Shown in pieces: positions 28,744 to 38,219 of a stretch of 64,000 bases of DNA. Position numbers and translations under genes: made by a program. The notes under the pieces were generated by a model, which saw only the letters and a list, made by a program, of their open reading frames with translations, was not told where the DNA came from and did not search any database. The stretch is from positions 11,034 through 75,033 of IMG/VR virus record IMGVR_UViG_3300037107_000081; one strand, written 5' to 3'. Position 1 is the stretch's first letter. Each line of letters starts with the position of its first letter. The DNA is from a virus.

Positions 28744-29943
28744 ATGGAAAAGGAAGCGCAAAGAAGATCTGTTACTAAATCTATTGGAAGGGCCATAAAT
28801 CCAGCAGAATGGTTCAGAAATATGTCTGGCGAATACAGGGAAGTATCTCAGTTAATTGATGAGATTGATAAAGATATGCGCGATAAGGCTTTGCAAAATG
28901 ATCCTGGTATGCGTGAAGCTATACATGAAGCTCGTATGGCTATGAAGAATCGCGAGTTTCCTAAGACTTTTTATTATGCTTGGCAATTAATAAAAGCAGT
29001 TGAAGGGATTTTTACTAAAGATATTCATAAGTTAGAAAGATTAAGTAAAAGAATTATTAATGAATTTTATGCAGAATCTTTAACGCCAAGCCAATTAAGA
29101 GAACTTCATAGAAATTTTGGTCAGGGTAGTAAAGAAATTAAAGTTCCAAAAAATTCTAATCTTGAAGTTTTATTATATGCAGCAGCGGCACCTGAATTGA
29201 TTAGTGAGGGTGCTAATCCGGTTCAATGGTTGCAGGAAAACATACCATCATACAGACAATTAAAGGGCGATTTACTTGATAGAATTTTTCGCAATAGAAT
29301 GGGTAAACAAAAAGAAGCTGCTCGTTTAGCTTTATCGGTTGCAGAGAAAGCATATAAATCAATAAAAGAAGTATTTTCAAAGCTTGATTCTGCGCGTAGA
29401 GATTTTTCAACTTATATTAGTATTGCTCAAAAATATCAAGAAAGATTTGAAGCACTAAAAGAAGAGCTTTCGGTTATTTATCAAGAACATTTTTCAGACT
29501 TGGTTCCTTCTAATAAACCTGAAAAGAAAGAACAAAAAACTGAGCAATCCAGAAAATGTTGGAATTGTGGAGCTAATGCTGTTGCTGGTGCTCCTTGTTC
29601 TGAATGTGGCGCTGAAGAAATGAGATCTGCAGAAGCGCCACCAGCGGTACCAGTTGTTGAAAGTCCACAGCCAGCCGGTACTAAAAATCCAAATCCTGGT
29701 CCATTGGTTGATAATGTTACAGTTCCAAATATTACAAACAAAGAAGAGGAAGAAAAAACAAAGGCAGCTGAACTTATTGTTGAGTTGGTAAGTAAGGCTA
29801 GAAATGCGTTAGAGCAGAGCGACAGGGGTTTAGCAGCGGCACTTTTGGCTAAGGCTTCGGAAATTTGTGATGATTATGGGAACGAGGAAGAGAGTATTGT
29901 TTTATTGAAGGCGGCCTCTGATTTAATGCCAATTGGAGAATAA
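28744..29943 (+). CDS. Putative head-associated protein
   Basis: Starts MEKEAQ; CWNC..CSEC ribbon. Confidence 0.62.
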   Translation: MEKEAQRRSVTKSIGRAINPAEWFRNMSGEYREVSQLIDEIDKDMRDKALQNDPGMREAIHEARMAMKNREFPKTFYYAWQLIKAVEGIFTKDIHKLERLSKRIINEFYAESLTPSQLRELHRNFGQGSKEIKVPKNSNLEVLLYAAAAPELISEGANPVQWLQENIPSYRQLKGDLLDRIFRNRMGKQKEAARLALSVAEKAYKSIKEVFSKLDSARRDFSTYISIAQKYQERFEALKEELSVIYQEHFSDLVPSNKPEKKEQKTEQSRKCWNCGANAVAGAPCSECGAEEMRSAEAPPAVPVVESPQPAGTKNPNPGPLVDNVTVPNITNKEEEEKTKAAELIVELVSKARNALEQSDRGLAAALLAKASEICDDYGNEEESIVLLKAASDLMPIGE

Positions 29944-31337
29944 TGAACAGAGAGGATCTTCAACTATTGCGATATGCAGCTTTAGAGCTTCAGGCTGATA
30001 GTACAGATCTGGTTAAAGTAGCCGGTATAATTCAGCGTATTAAGAATTGGTGGAAGGCTAAATTTAATCCTGACTTTGCCCAACAACAAGAACAGGTTGA
30101 GCAGGCTTATGATGAAATGAAAGGGCCACTTGGAGAGTTAATTGGTCAGTTAAAACAATTGGATAAATCATTTCAAGGCCAAGATGTTGATTCTATTGCT
30201 AGGCTTGTTGGTGAAGTTCCGGCAATAATTTCTAAGGTTACAAAAGATATGGGTAATCTAAAGCAAAAGATGTTAGATGCCAATAAAGCTGTTCCTGAAA
30301 GTTATGTAAATGAAAAAGGCGAAGAGATTGCGTCTGGAGATTTAAGTAGAGTAATGAAGGGGTTTCATAAAGATCCTAGGGTGCTTGGTGGTTCTTGGGA
30401 TTTGTTACCAGAAGAATTTAGAAATGAGATACCGATTGCGCAAGTTATTGATAAGCCGTTGTCAAGTTTTTCTTGGTACAAACAATATAGTCCAGAGATT
30501 AGAATAAATACCAATGTATATAATAAAACCAAAGATGCCTTAATTAATAATTTATCAAGATTATTCGATAAGACTGGAAGGTTTAGTGGTCAAGAATTAA
30601 TTAGTAAGATTGATTCTGGTTTTGATAAATTTATGGACAATTTGCAAGACGCTATTTTTAATAAAGGAATTATTCATAAAGTTAATTTTTCAAGACCATC
30701 TGAATCTGTCAAGAATAGAATAAATAATCAAATGAAGTTAGAAGTTATTATTCCTGATATACCATTTCCTTTTGGTGATTCAGAAATATTAATTCATACC
30801 AATATTGTTGCGCTTACTGATTTGGGTACTGGAACTGTTGCTAATCCAAGAAAAGTATTATCATTATATTTTGTAGAAAATCCGACATTATCTCTTTCTA
30901 GAAGGGAAATATTAAATGATCAAGAAATACATAATGCTGGAATAATTACAAATATAATTAAACGAGCCATACTTAAAAAATCATTACCAACAACGCATGC
31001 AATTGTAAAAGTAAATGGGCAAACATTCCATCATAAAACACAATTTTCCAGGATTTTATCAAGTGCATTAAGGCAGGAAATTGATGCGGATTGTTCGGTA
31101 AGAAATGATGGTGATGATATAGAGGTTCAGGTGGCTGTGTGTGGAAGTAAGACAGCTTCATTAATGGCTATTTATGGCATATCTACGTATTTAGCTGATG
31201 AGTTCTTAAATACCACAAAGATAGGTGTGGGTGTAGATGTTGTGCCTGGGATATCTAATCTTGATGTAATTGAATCTGGAGTGTTTGATCAGAGTTTTAG
31301 GAAGGTTGCTTTTGATTGCTGGAGAAACAATGAGTAA
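29943..31337 (+). CDS. Putative head-associated protein
   Basis: RYAA, KVAG, KRAI, KVAF motifs; TAATG coupling. Confidence 0.62.
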   Translation: MNREDLQLLRYAALELQADSTDLVKVAGIIQRIKNWWKAKFNPDFAQQQEQVEQAYDEMKGPLGELIGQLKQLDKSFQGQDVDSIARLVGEVPAIISKVTKDMGNLKQKMLDANKAVPESYVNEKGEEIASGDLSRVMKGFHKDPRVLGGSWDLLPEEFRNEIPIAQVIDKPLSSFSWYKQYSPEIRINTNVYNKTKDALINNLSRLFDKTGRFSGQELISKIDSGFDKFMDNLQDAIFNKGIIHKVNFSRPSESVKNRINNQMKLEVIIPDIPFPFGDSEILIHTNIVALTDLGTGTVANPRKVLSLYFVENPTLSLSRREILNDQEIHNAGIITNIIKRAILKKSLPTTHAIVKVNGQTFHHKTQFSRILSSALRQEIDADCSVRNDGDDIEVQVAVCGSKTASLMAIYGISTYLADEFLNTTKIGVGVDVVPGISNLDVIESGVFDQSFRKVAFDCWRNNE

Positions 31338-31716
31338 TGTTGAAATTGATGTTATTAATAATGAAGTTATCAACGCTGATTCTGATGATTTTGAGCATAT
31401 AGATTCTCTTGCCGAAGCAATTGGTCATTTTTATAAAGGAAAAATGATTCAGGTATATTGGTCTGATAATGGTGGGTCTACACATTATTCTGATTATGAT
31501 GTTTCTAATAATGTGTATATTGAGGGTAAGGTTCTTTGGGGAAGGGGTGAGGTATTTGCTTTAGAGTGTGAAGTGGATACGCCAGCAAAAAAGTTTAAGA
31601 CGGTTGTTATATTTAATTCATATAATGTTTATTTTGTAACTCCTCTTGATGGTGTTGATGTTATGACACTATTCAAAGGAAGAATGAAGCATATAAAAAG
31701 CAAAGGTTTACCGTGA
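31330..31716 (+). CDS. Hypothetical protein (Sm/SH3-like beta pattern)
   Basis: ATG 31330 after GGAG. Confidence 0.6.
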   Translation: MSNVEIDVINNEVINADSDDFEHIDSLAEAIGHFYKGKMIQVYWSDNGGSTHYSDYDVSNNVYIEGKVLWGRGEVFALECEVDTPAKKFKTVVIFNSYNVYFVTPLDGVDVMTLFKGRMKHIKSKGLP

Positions 31717-32021
31717 GCATAGAAAGTGAATTAGCATCTATTTGTAAAGATATTAGGTTACTTGGTGATAATAAGTTAACCAATGATGCTATTTGTGCTT
31801 ACGCTGCCCTAACTGATACTGAAAATCCACGACCAGACCTATCATATTCGTATATTATTAGGAAGTTGCGTAAAGGTGATGATGATAGACGTTTGAAATT
31901 CCAAAAAGCTTTTAAGAAGGCGTTTGATAGTGCTTTATATGAAGATGTTGAAGATCCAGACGCTGTTGCTTTGATGGTTGCAATGAAGGCTATTGATTTC
32001 AAGGATGAGAATGCCAGCTAG
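31713..32021 (+). CDS. Hypothetical protein
   Basis: GTGA overlap, 102 aa. Confidence 0.6.
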   Translation: MSIESELASICKDIRLLGDNKLTNDAICAYAALTDTENPRPDLSYSYIIRKLRKGDDDRRLKFQKAFKKAFDSALYEDVEDPDAVALMVAMKAIDFKDENAS

Positions 32022-33057
32022 ATTTGCCAAAGTAACCAAAGATTTATTTAGGGGTGGTTGTCCATCGCTTAAAGATAATGATATTGAATCTTTAAAGCGT
32101 ATGGGAATAAATAAAATTGTAAGTCTTGATGAAGAGTGTGGTGAGCGTATAAAAGAAAAGTGTAATGAGCTGGGTATTCATCAAATTATATGGGGATTGG
32201 GTGCAGGCAATGATCCTAAAGTTGCTGCATTAAAAAAGAGAATTGTTCCAACGCTTACTCATGGTGGCCCAACGTATGTTCATTGCTTACATGGAAAAGA
32301 TCGTACAGGAATGACAGTGGCTATGTATCGTGTTTATTCTGGATGGTCTGTTGATAAAGCATTAAAAGAAGCAGCACAATTCGGAATGGGAACTCACCTA
32401 CCACCAGATGTTGCTAAAACTTATTATGATGCTGTAAAAGAATTCGCAAAAGATCTGGAGGAAGATAAAAGTAATGCGTTAGATGCTGTTTCTTTAACTA
32501 GGATGACTAATTCATTTGGCCCAGAAAACCCCGCTGTTGATGATATGACAATTTCCAGACCGGTTAATTTTAATCTTCCACCAGGCACAGATATTGAATT
32601 TAGTCAGCTTAGTAGAATTGCTTCAGCTAAAATTTATATTAAGTGCAATTCAGGAGATTTATTAAAACCAGGATCTTTTTGGTGGGGCTCAAAAGAATTG
32701 GCAAACAAAAATCCTATAAATTCTTCTGGTAAATTATTTTCGGCCAATTTAATATCATCATCTAAATTTGAAAAGTTCGACGGGAAGGTAAATAAAAATC
32801 TAATAAACAATGTATTAACAAGAGATATTGATGTAGCTATTCTTCGTGATAATCAATATTTAATTATATGCCCAAGCTCTTTAATAGATATTCAAGAAGA
32901 AAATGATGATATAAATGATTTGGTAGAAGTAGGAATGAGAGATAATTCTACCGATTATACGTATGCTTATCCTGGAAGTGGAAGTGGTTTAGGTGGAATG
33001 CCAGATGGAGCAGCAGGTTTTGTACAATTACCGTTTTCAGGAATAGGTCAGGTTTAG
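32011..33057 (+). CDS. Tyr/dual-specificity (Cys-based) phosphatase with C-terminal extension
   Basis: LFRGG.P, L...GI..IVSL and the P-loop HCLHGKDRTG. Confidence 0.85.
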   Translation: MPARFAKVTKDLFRGGCPSLKDNDIESLKRMGINKIVSLDEECGERIKEKCNELGIHQIIWGLGAGNDPKVAALKKRIVPTLTHGGPTYVHCLHGKDRTGMTVAMYRVYSGWSVDKALKEAAQFGMGTHLPPDVAKTYYDAVKEFAKDLEEDKSNALDAVSLTRMTNSFGPENPAVDDMTISRPVNFNLPPGTDIEFSQLSRIASAKIYIKCNSGDLLKPGSFWWGSKELANKNPINSSGKLFSANLISSSKFEKFDGKVNKNLINNVLTRDIDVAILRDNQYLIICPSSLIDIQEENDDINDLVEVGMRDNSTDYTYAYPGSGSGLGGMPDGAAGFVQLPFSGIGQV

Positions 33058-33086
33058 CTAATAATTCGATATAATATATAACAACA

Positions 33087-33713
33087 ATGGAAAAAAAAGC
33101 ATATTCTATCCAAATGCATTTTAATGTTCCTGATTCTGAAAAAAGAATTGCGGAAAAGGCTGAGGAATATTTTCAACAGTTAGTTGCACATTTAGATGAT
33201 ATAAAAGGTTATTTAGATTTAATATATACTCCATTTCAAAAGCACCAGAATATTGATATGGATATGATTGTAGAATATAGAAAAACTTTCCGTGAATATC
33301 GTGATCAGGTCAAGGCAAAATCAGATAAGGTAACAAAAAGAGCATATCAGTGTGTTGCCTTAATGAATGAATTTAGCACAGATACGGCCACAGAAGAGAT
33401 TATGAACTCTTTTATTGGGTCGGTTAGGGAATTAGAGAAATATACCGATACATTTATGTCAATATTCTCGAATCTTAATAGTCCAGAGTTTAGGGACCAT
33501 TTGATTTTAACAATTGATTCGATGAAGAAACAAATGAACCAAATCGAGCAATTAATAAAAGATCGAATTTTAGAACATATAGATAGTAATATTTTGGCAA
33601 AGAATTGGGCGAAGGATCATTGTGATGACGGTAAGCCCATAGAAGAAAGAGTACCGCTAGTAATGCAGCTCTTCAAAGAAAGACAAGAAGCATTGCAAGG
33701 TACAAAGAGTTAA
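33087..33713 (+). CDS. Helical head-associated hypothetical protein
   Basis: Starts MEKKAY. Confidence 0.62.
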   Translation: MEKKAYSIQMHFNVPDSEKRIAEKAEEYFQQLVAHLDDIKGYLDLIYTPFQKHQNIDMDMIVEYRKTFREYRDQVKAKSDKVTKRAYQCVALMNEFSTDTATEEIMNSFIGSVRELEKYTDTFMSIFSNLNSPEFRDHLILTIDSMKKQMNQIEQLIKDRILEHIDSNILAKNWAKDHCDDGKPIEERVPLVMQLFKERQEALQGTKS

Positions 33714-33720
33714 GGGTTAT

Positions 33721-33879
33721 ATGTTAATCAAAACTGGTGATGCAGAAATTATTGGTGTCATTGATTCGAAGTCGGAAGATATCGAAAGCAAGAATAGCGA
33801 AGTTGTAGCGTCAACACTCTTAGATATGGCCAAGAAACGTATTTCTGAATCGGATCAAGATAAAGGCTTGGAGAACTAA
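33721..33879 (+). CDS. 52-aa protein MLIKTGDAEIIGVID...
   Basis: Fills the gap; TAATG overlap with the protease gene; not in the ORF track. Confidence 0.55.
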   Translation: MLIKTGDAEIIGVIDSKSEDIESKNSEVVASTLLDMAKKRISESDQDKGLEN

Positions 33880-36800
33880 TGTTGATAAAACTCGGCGAGT
33901 CTGTTTGTATTAGACCTGAAGATATACGACCAGTTGAAAAATTGGTTAGTGATTCTGATTTAGATATTGAAAACAGAATGTATAGATTTGCTCAGGAACT
34001 TAAAGTTATTGCTCCTAAAGCAAAAGACTTTCTATATTTTACTGCCGTTATGATGCATGCTGCTGAGGCTGCCTGTGTTAATGATGATGGATCTCCAAAG
34101 AAAACAGCATCGGGTGAGGTTGTTTCTGCTACATGGGAAAAGGTTGGAGAGGGCGTCAAGTGGGTTTGTAATGATCCAAATATCAAATGTTACCGTAACA
34201 ATAATAGAGATATTTTTCCAGAATATGAATTAAAGTTAGCGTATAAGAAATGGATAGGTCGTCCGTTATGCCTCGATCATCAATCACAGTCGGTTGATAA
34301 GATTCGAGGCGTTATTGTTGATACTGTATATGATGATCGTAGAAAGAGGTTAATTGCTCTCTGTGCCCTTGATTCAAAAAATTATAGTGATTTAGCCGAT
34401 AAGGTTACTAGTGGTGTTGCTAATAACGTATCGATGGGAACCGGGGTTGGCAGGGCTGTGTGTTCAGAATGCCAACGAGCCGCTAGAACCGAAAAAGACT
34501 TTTGCCAGCACATGAAGAATAAGAGTTGTTATGGCGAAATTAACTTGGAACTGTCTCCGTTAGAACTTTCTTTAGTAGTTGCCGGAGCCGATCCAAAAGC
34601 CAAAGTTAAGCATATTATTGCCAGTGATATTGCTAAAGCTGCGGAATTACTTTCTGATTATTTGCATGTTAAAGAAGCGGTATCTAGGCAAGATCTAACA
34701 TCTATACAGGAAGACCTAAAGAGCCTAATGGGTAAGATTGAAGCTATGGCTCATGATAGCGATAAGAAAGACGAGAGTGATGCGGTTGGTCCGACTCGCT
34801 CTAGATGGTCGATGGATGAAGTCAGTAATGAACCATCGACTCAGTTTAATGTTCCTGAGGCATTCCCAACTTACGCCTCAGAGCTACAAATGGCAATTTT
34901 GGGAGCTCAAACAAAACTGGCAAGCTTGCAGGACAATATACTTAGACTATCTAATAATAGTAACGAGGAATCAATCATGACTACAAAAGAAGCATATTTT
35001 CAAGGTACAGAGGAACCAAAACCAGGACAGAAGCAATACGCTGTGGATCCGTTGAATGAGAAAGCCAGACTATTGGACAAGAATCTACATGGCCCAGCTC
35101 CATTTCCAAACACTGGATCTGTAGATGGTATGTATCCTGGTGATGATAAAACCAAGAAAGATTTGCAGCGCCTAGCGGATGAGCATGAGCGTGCAATGTT
35201 CCGTGAAGCTGCTTTGAAGAAGGCCAAGGAACAATTGAAGCAAGGATATTTCCAGGGAACGGAAGAGCCAACTCCTGGTAAGCCACAATATACAAAAGAT
35301 CCGCTTAATGAGAAGGATCGTTTATTGGATAAGACCATGGTTGGCGAAAAACCGTTCCCAGGAGTAGGCAAGGTTGATGGTCTTTATGGTGACGATCTTG
35401 CTGAAAAAGAAAAGCTTTCACGAGCATCTTTGAAGGCTAGATTTGAGAAGGTTGCTCTTCCAGATGGTCGTATTAATAAAGGCGCTTCTAATTGGGTTGT
35501 TCTAGCTAATGGAAAACCAATTCTTCAAGCTTCTGTTGCTCAGATCACTCGTGGTAATGAAGAGCATTTGTATGATGCGATTGCTACCGAGCGTTTTGGT
35601 AGGTCACTATTAAATCGTATTCAGACTGAAGGTTTTGAAGCTACTGCTAATGATTTACTCAAGACTGCACAAGCTCCAGCCGCTCCTCCTCCAGCCCCAG
35701 AAGCTGCGCCAGCCGGTGATATGCCCCCACTTGAGCCACCAAAGGATGTTGCTAGTGAGGGTGGAGAACCAGGTGAAATTGTAGATGATATTCAGTCGCT
35801 TGTTGATGAAATGGAAGGCAAGATTAGTGATCTTAAGGATAAGGTTAGCGGACCTGTTTCTGAGGACGCTGAAGGTCTTGGTGATGTTCCTCCGGCAGGT
35901 GATGAGGAATTCGCGGTTCCAGCTGGTGGTGCTCCTGCTCCTAAGAGCGCATCACAGCTTCAATCAATGCGTAAACGTGTAAATGTGATGTTGCAGGATG
36001 GTATTGATGAGACAATTACTTCTTTATCTAAGCATGTAAATGAACTAAAGACTGCGCAAAAAGTTTATAAAGAATCATATGCATCAATGACTGAAGAGCA
36101 ACGTGATTATATTAACGATCTAACAATTTCGGCCGTGAAAGATGCTAAGGCTCAACTTAATGATACCAATAGGTTGATGGAAGCTGTTGTTAAGTATGCT
36201 ACAGGAACAGCTGGTGTTGAAAAGCGCGCACATGAAGAGGGTCTCAATACCGATGAACTTCTTGATGAAATTGAAGGTGGAAAGGGTGGTGATGACACTT
36301 ATCTAGACAATGCTGCATTTGAAGATGAGTCACCAGAAGCCACACCAGAAACCGGAAAAATGAAAGATTTCTTGTCTGAACTTGGAATTGATTCTGAGAA
36401 GGATAATGATGCTGATATGGATGGAACATTAGCTAATGGTACCCCTATTAGTATTAACGATAAGGGAGAGGCATTACTTGGAAAGAGTACAGGAGGAGCA
36501 AAATTGGAATTATCAACTAAACAAGCGCGTGCTGAGGTACGTGTGAAGCTTGCCGAAAAGGGCTTGCTTGGGTTCAACGAATTGTCTAATGATGCTCATC
36601 CAGGTGGCAGTGTAGATGCTGTTTCTGCCGGTAATTTGGATGTAAAACCAAGTGTTCCGGGGTCTGCATTCCATGTGGCCAAGGATATTAAAGACGCAAT
36701 GACCGAATTGGCAAATATGCCTCCTCGTGTTCGTAAGCAGGCTGAGGTTATTAATGAGCTTGTTTCTTCGGGTAAGATGAGTGCTGAGTCTGTTGATGGT

Positions 36801-37241
36801 CTTGTGGCTCATGGTATTGATCCTGATGCAGTCAAGTATTGGAAGGAATTGTATGGTCAGGGTGATTCGCAGTCGAAGGAATTCGCAACAGAATTAACCA
36901 AGGAACATGCCAACGCCAAGAAAGCTGAGGAAATGGAACAATACAAGGGTAAGCTAAAGAGAGCTTATCAGGTTGCACAGCAAATGATTGTTAAGGGAAT
37001 GATTAGTGAAAACCAATTAGATTCCCAGGTTGAAGATATTATGAATTGGAATGATGCTGGTTTTGAAAGCATCAAGAATATTCTATCAAGACAAGCTTCA
37101 ATCAGTAAGCAAGCATCCTTACCGGTTGTTGGTCTTTTGGACTCAGGCTCGGTAATTCTTCCAGCGGCACAAAGCGCAACACAAGAAAGTATAAATATCA
37201 AAGGTTTGTTTGATAATCACTTTGCGTCGAGGAAATTCTAA
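33879..37241 (+). CDS. Prohead protease / scaffold polyprotein
   Basis: RNNNRDIF..EL, W.G.P..LDH, RGVIVD, VSMG, CSEC..FCQH, ELSLV..GADP.A in the N-terminal ~250 aa; long coiled-coil/acidic remainder. Confidence 0.78.
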   Translation: MLIKLGESVCIRPEDIRPVEKLVSDSDLDIENRMYRFAQELKVIAPKAKDFLYFTAVMMHAAEAACVNDDGSPKKTASGEVVSATWEKVGEGVKWVCNDPNIKCYRNNNRDIFPEYELKLAYKKWIGRPLCLDHQSQSVDKIRGVIVDTVYDDRRKRLIALCALDSKNYSDLADKVTSGVANNVSMGTGVGRAVCSECQRAARTEKDFCQHMKNKSCYGEINLELSPLELSLVVAGADPKAKVKHIIASDIAKAAELLSDYLHVKEAVSRQDLTSIQEDLKSLMGKIEAMAHDSDKKDESDAVGPTRSRWSMDEVSNEPSTQFNVPEAFPTYASELQMAILGAQTKLASLQDNILRLSNNSNEESIMTTKEAYFQGTEEPKPGQKQYAVDPLNEKARLLDKNLHGPAPFPNTGSVDGMYPGDDKTKKDLQRLADEHERAMFREAALKKAKEQLKQGYFQGTEEPTPGKPQYTKDPLNEKDRLLDKTMVGEKPFPGVGKVDGLYGDDLAEKEKLSRASLKARFEKVALPDGRINKGASNWVVLANGKPILQASVAQITRGNEEHLYDAIATERFGRSLLNRIQTEGFEATANDLLKTAQAPAAPPPAPEAAPAGDMPPLEPPKDVASEGGEPGEIVDDIQSLVDEMEGKISDLKDKVSGPVSEDAEGLGDVPPAGDEEFAVPAGGAPAPKSASQLQSMRKRVNVMLQDGIDETITSLSKHVNELKTAQKVYKESYASMTEEQRDYINDLTISAVKDAKAQLNDTNRLMEAVVKYATGTAGVEKRAHEEGLNTDELLDEIEGGKGGDDTYLDNAAFEDESPEATPETGKMKDFLSELGIDSEKDNDADMDGTLANGTPISINDKGEALLGKSTGGAKLELSTKQARAEVRVKLAEKGLLGFNELSNDAHPGGSVDAVSAGNLDVKPSVPGSAFHVAKDIKDAMTELANMPPRVRKQAEVINELVSSGKMSAESVDGLVAHGIDPDAVKYWKELYGQGDSQSKEFATELTKEHANAKKAEEMEQYKGKLKRAYQVAQQMIVKGMISENQLDSQVEDIMNWNDAGFESIKNILSRQASISKQASLPVVGLLDSGSVILPAAQSATQESINIKGLFDNHFASRKF
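34995..35410 (+). repeat. Two ~52-aa internal repeats YFQGTEEP.PG..QY..DPLNEK.RLLDK...G..PFP..G.VDG.Y
   Basis: Copies start at 34995 and 35247. Confidence 0.85.
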
Positions 37242-37252
37242 TATTCTGGGCC

Positions 37253-37277
37253 GGGCGGGGTTATAAATGCTCCGCCC
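37253..37277 (+). other. GC-rich intergenic hairpin without a U tail
   Basis: GGGCGGGG-loop-CTCCGCCC. Confidence 0.5.
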
Positions 37278-37295
37278 ATCCATAAGAGGTAAAAT

Positions 37296-38219
37296 ATGTC
37301 TACTAATAAATATGATATTGCTTCAGCTATGAATGGGATAATAAGCGACCCAGTTAATCAATCAATTTTCTCAAGGCCACAACCCCTTACCAAGACAGCT
37401 GCAAAGAAAGATGATACCGCTGATAAGGCTAAGGCTGAAAAAGAAAAAGCTAAGGAAAAGGCTGCTAAAGAGAAGGAAAAGGAAAGGGCTGCTAAGGAAA
37501 AAGCCAAAGAACAGGCTGCTAAAGCTAAGGCCAAGAAAAAGGCTTCAACTAAATATGAAGCTTGCGTTATTGGTTTGTGCAAAATTTCTGAAATGCTAGA
37601 TGAGGCTGGTTTGTCAAAGTCGTCTTCATATGCATTGCTAGCACTTAACGATTTGATTAGTACTGCCGCAAAGAAGAAGGAAGAAAAAGAGGAAAAGGCT
37701 AAGGGAAAGAAAGATGAAAAGGGCAAGGGCAAGAAAGAAGAGCCCAAGGACGAAAAAGCTAAGGGCAAGAAAGCACCTCCGTTTATGAAGAAGGATGAAA
37801 AAGGCGACAAGGATAAGAAGGTAAAGAAGGCAGATTATGGTGTTAAGCATGAGCTAACTCCAGGTTATGTAAATCCTTGGAATGACAAATCAACCAAGTC
37901 TTTTCCTGGCGATCCTATGAATTTTTCGCTTGCTCCTGAAAAACCAGCTGCGGCTCTAAAATCAATTACACACACTGATTCTGCATTTCGTCCAGGTGAC
38001 CCGCTAAATCAAAATGGTGATTATGTTGCTAGCGCAGATGATTGTGAATACGCTGACGATGAAGAAGTAAGTAATTGTGATGATTTTGATACTTTGTCAA
38101 ATCAGATCGATCCTGATTCTTTGTGGGAAACCGAAGTTACAGCTGATGAAGAGAAGACTTCTTTGCAGAAACTTGCTGAGGAATTGGAGGCAACCAAGAG
38201 TTTTTTAGCCGCAAAGTAA
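37296..38219 (+). CDS. Lys/Glu/Ala-rich putative internal head (DNA-condensing-like) protein; zero-frame product
   Basis: KAKAEKEKAKEKAAKE repeats; KTAA, STAA, KLAE motifs. Confidence 0.7.
   Translation: MSTNKYDIASAMNGIISDPVNQSIFSRPQPLTKTAAKKDDTADKAKAEKEKAKEKAAKEKEKERAAKEKAKEQAAKAKAKKKASTKYEACVIGLCKISEMLDEAGLSKSSSYALLALNDLISTAAKKKEEKEEKAKGKKDEKGKGKKEEPKDEKAKGKKAPPFMKKDEKGDKDKKVKKADYGVKHELTPGYVNPWNDKSTKSFPGDPMNFSLAPEKPAAALKSITHTDSAFRPGDPLNQNGDYVASADDCEYADDEEVSNCDDFDTLSNQIDPDSLWETEVTADEEKTSLQKLAEELEATKSFLAAK

Noticed and set aside
34986-35010. KEAYFQG resembling the TEV site ENLYFQG
   Set aside because: Only four residues match and the context fits the phage's own K-x-A motif; coincidental.
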